A DNA stretch of 20,000 nucleotides from an uncultured virus (IMG/VR IMGVR_UViG_3300008448_000053). Taxonomy: Duplodnaviria > Heunggongvirae > Uroviricota > Caudoviricetes. The DNA is taken from the IMG/VR virus record IMGVR_UViG_3300008448_000053, positions 52,571 to 72,570 of that record. One strand, 5' to 3'. Of the stretch, positions 17,998 to 20,000 are shown in pieces. The notes beneath the pieces are model-generated. The model worked only from the letters and a program-made list of their open reading frames with translations, did not search any database and had not been told where the DNA came from. The translations under genes were made by a program, and so were the position numbers. Positions within the stretch are counted from its first letter, which is position 1; every line of letters begins with the position of its first letter.

Positions 17998-18028
17998 TAA
18001 ATGTAAACAAAAAAAAACCTAAATCAAA
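17998..18028 (-). promoter_or_regulatory. Candidate Bacteroidota-type promoter (TTTG-N19-TACATTTA)
   Basis: One mismatch to the TAnnTTTG -7 box, correct spacing, 14 nt upstream of ATG 17983. Confidence 0.35.
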
Positions 18029-18221
18029 ATTTAGTGTTTTTATTTTTTAAATTTAAATGATTTATTATTTTTTCTCTAAATTGTTCGTCATTATTGTATA
18101 AATCTAACGATCTATTAACTAATTTTTGTAAATTAATCTCATCATTAACAGTTTCTATTTTAAATTTTTTGTATACATCATCTAAAATGTTTACACTGGT
18201 TAATTTTACTTTATCTATCAT
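18024..18221 (-). CDS. Small ribbon-helix-helix-like DNA-binding protein
   Basis: Alternating strand KLTSVNI, then helices DDVYKKFKIE and LQKLVNRSLDLY. Confidence 0.6.
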   Translation of the reverse strand: MIDKVKLTSVNILDDVYKKFKIETVNDEINLQKLVNRSLDLYNNDEQFREKIINHLNLKNKNTKF

Positions 18222-18248
18222 ATTTATATATTTATATACTTTTTATTC

Positions 18249-18283
18249 AAAAATATATCGGACAATTTTTAGTTGTCCGATAT
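18249..18283 (-). terminator. Rho-independent terminator of the MGCGCK gene
   Basis: Perfect 11-bp stem atatcggacaa/ttgtccgatat (18255-18265 and 18273-18283), 7-nt loop, followed on the minus strand by ATTTTT; begins at the stop codon. Confidence 0.7.
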
Positions 18284-18456
18284 TATGAGTTCAATTGTTT
18301 TAATTTATCCATGATGACATCAACTTGTTTTTGTTGTTCTTCAGTTAATTGAACACCAGATTGATTTGGTTGATTAGTTGTTGATTCTTGCACCTGAACC
18401 TGTACTTGAGGTTGAGGTTGTTGTACTGGTCTGTTTTTTTTACATCCGCATCCCAT
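18283..18456 (-). CDS. Unannotated 57-aa Gln-rich micro-protein (MGCGCK...)
   Basis: Manual translation: MGCGCKKNRPVQQPQPQVQVQVQESTTNQPNQSGVQLTEEQQKQVDVIMDKLKQLNS*. It has an upstream ATATTTATT and a downstream terminator. Confidence 0.8.
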   Translation of the reverse strand: MGCGCKKNRPVQQPQPQVQVQVQESTTNQPNQSGVQLTEEQQKQVDVIMDKLKQLNS

Positions 18457-18480
18457 GATAATAATGTTTTTTAATAAATA

Positions 18481-18512
18481 TTTGGTTTATTGGTTTTAAA
18501 TACCTATGTTTG
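18481..18512 (+). promoter_or_regulatory. Bacteroidota housekeeping-sigma promoter (-33 TTTG, -7 TAnnTTTG)
   Basis: TTTG 18481-18484, 20-nt spacer, TATGTTTG 18505-18512, 29 nt before ATG 18542. Confidence 0.6.
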
Positions 18513-18541
18513 TAACATATTCTAAAAATTTAAAAAAGTAA

Positions 18542-19258
18542 ATGGAAAAAGATTTTAAACCCGTAAAAAGTGTATATTCTTCAAATTTTGAAGTTATAAC
18601 TAATATAATGGAATTGTATGGTATTGAACAATTTGATTTAGATTGTACATATTCTAAAGGTTCTTTTTGGAAAGACTTATCACAACCAAAATTAAAATCA
18701 GATATATATCCTATTAACGATACTGTAATAAATGCTAGTTCAGAGAATTTACCATTCGAAAGTGACTCAATGTCAAGTATAATGTACGATCCACCATTTG
18801 TGGTTGTCGGTAAAACGTATAGAAATAATAAAGAAGGTAGTTCAATAATTGCAAAAAGATTTGAGGGTTATGAAACTTTTAATCATCTTAAATCAAATTA
18901 TTATAATTCATTAAAAGAATTGTATAGAGTTTGTAAAAAAGGTGGTTATGTTATTATGAAATGTCAAGATACGGTATCTGGCGGTAAAAATCATTTTAGT
19001 CATGTTATGGTTATGAATATGGCAATGGAAATGGGATTTTATCCAAAGGATTTGTTTATTTTACTTGCTAAAATGAGAATTAACAGTTTTGGATCTAAAT
19101 GGACTAAACAAGAACACGCAAGAAAATACCACAGTTATTTTTGGGTTTTTGAAAAAGTAAAACCTAAAGTAGATTATAATGTAAAATTAATTAACGAACA
19201 GGGTTCTGAGGTGTCCCAAGATACATTGATACTCGATCAGTCTCTTTCCAATCTTTAG
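18542..19258 (+). CDS. Orphan amino (N6-adenine/N4-cytosine) DNA methyltransferase
   Basis: LDCTYSKGSFW (SAM-binding variant), YDPPF catalytic motif, ELYRVCKKGG, ARKYHSYFWVF. Confidence 0.8.
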   Translation: MEKDFKPVKSVYSSNFEVITNIMELYGIEQFDLDCTYSKGSFWKDLSQPKLKSDIYPINDTVINASSENLPFESDSMSSIMYDPPFVVVGKTYRNNKEGSSIIAKRFEGYETFNHLKSNYYNSLKELYRVCKKGGYVIMKCQDTVSGGKNHFSHVMVMNMAMEMGFYPKDLFILLAKMRINSFGSKWTKQEHARKYHSYFWVFEKVKPKVDYNVKLINEQGSEVSQDTLILDQSLSNL

Positions 19259-19550
19259 TGGTTCCCGCAGGAAATTCGATAACATGATCACCAATTCCTG
19301 AATATCTTTCAGGACATTCACCCTCACATGGTTGACAATCTCTATGTATTTTACTAATCCTATTGTTTAGTACGAATACAATATCTAACGGAATTTTACA
19401 TTTTTTCATCCAAAAAGTATGGTGACCCTTTTTCATTTTGAAAACCATACAACCATTAAGTGACTCACGACCCATCATACCTTTTTCGATTTGTTCAGGT
19501 GTGGACACGTACTCGGCCGGGAACAATTGATTATTAATTCTTACTGACAT
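19191..19550 (-). CDS. DUF192 family protein
   Basis: TPEQIEKGMMGR, MVF, FWMKKCKIPLDIVF, PC....C..Y, VIEFPAG. Confidence 0.9.
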   Translation of the reverse strand: MSVRINNQLFPAEYVSTPEQIEKGMMGRESLNGCMVFKMKKGHHTFWMKKCKIPLDIVFVLNNRISKIHRDCQPCEGECPERYSGIGDHVIEFPAGTTKDWKETDRVSMYLGTPQNPVR

Positions 19551-19609
19551 ATATCTATAATTATTTTGTTATTTCAAATAATTTTTGTATTATTATAAAA
19601 ACTGATAAA

Positions 19610-19825
19610 ATGGATACAATATTTGGTGGCTTAGTTCAATTTGAAAGTAGAGAACAATTCAACAATTTTGTTGAAACAATTAATGATGAGAATGCAATTA
19701 AATTAATTGAAATGGCTCTACTTTTTTCACTTAAAAATGGTTTATTTTCATTCGAAGAATCCCATATTATATATGAGTGTTTGAATAAGTTAAAAAGTAA
19801 ACAACAAGATGTTAAAGAAAACTAA
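19610..19825 (+). CDS. Hypothetical protein (71 aa)
   Basis: Helical small ORF with A-rich leader; GLFSFEES motif. Confidence 0.7.
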   Translation: MDTIFGGLVQFESREQFNNFVETINDENAIKLIEMALLFSLKNGLFSFEESHIIYECLNKLKSKQQDVKEN

Positions 19826-20000
19826 AAAAATATATCTAAAAGATTTCTTTATATATAAAAAGAAACATCATTGGTTTATAATTCCTACGATTGTTTTTTA
19901 TTATGATAAAAATACTTTTTTAGAAACGGGGGTTTACACTCCCGCGTGGGGGATAACAATCAGATGGTTTACAATAATGATCGGATTTCAAATACAAGAA
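19809..20000 (+). CDS. Hypothetical protein, 3'-truncated (missing from the ORF track)
   Basis: Manual translation, open to the window end: MLKKTKKIYLKDFFIYKKKHHWFIIPTIVFYYDKNTFLETGVYTPAWGITIRWFTIMIGFQIQE. Confidence 0.7.
   Translation, partial: MLKKTKKIYLKDFFIYKKKHHWFIIPTIVFYYDKNTFLETGVYTPAWGITIRWFTIMIGFQIQE

Noticed and set aside
8497..18288. Short alternative ORFs 8497-8730, 11560-11772, 12490-12672, 13301-13516, 15145-15348 and 18094-18288
   Set aside because: They overlap better-supported genes and have no recognisable motifs.
18283..18456. MGC N-terminus as a eukaryotic myristoylation/palmitoylation signal, implying a giant eukaryotic virus
   Set aside because: Operon-like overlapping genes, a bacterial lipoprotein signal, an intrinsic terminator and a Bacteroidota-type promoter all favour a bacteriophage.
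19926..20000. GC-richer stretch with a weak hairpin, considered as a tRNA or ncRNA
   Set aside because: No cloverleaf or T-loop consensus; explained by the open frame 19809->20000 (TGVYTPAWG).
1..20000. Stop-codon reassignment as seen in some large phages
   Set aside because: Genes are intact and densely packed under code 11; TAA, TGA (e.g. 8493, 13320) and TAG (16469) all end genes at sensible positions.

Overview
Very AT-rich, gene-dense window, most consistent with a large tailed phage of a Bacteroidota host. This is inferred from gene content, A-rich starts with no Shine-Dalgarno sequence, and a TTTG-N20-TAnnTTTG promoter; no capsid or terminase gene is present to prove it. 1-6400: Gly/Ser/Thr-rich, modular tail-fibre/virion-like proteins, the first truncated at the left edge. 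6495-8758: small accessory genes (DUF1353, a lipoprotein metzincin protease with thrombospondin type-3 repeats, a small membrane protein). 8823-17983: a ~9 kb glycan-building locus with five GT-A-type glycosyltransferases, four different SAM methyltransferases, a shortened DegT-family aminotransferase, an FdtA/QdtA-type ketoisomerase and a convergent two-domain glycosyltransferase. It has no flippase, polymerase or initiating transferase, suggesting cytoplasmic glycosylation of virion proteins with a methylated amino-sugar glycan. 18024-20000: an RHH-like protein, an unannotated MGCGCK micro-protein, an orphan amino-DNA methyltransferase, DUF192 and small hypotheticals. An ATATTTATA motif recurs just upstream of several genes. 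All family calls come from motif recognition by eye, not database searches.
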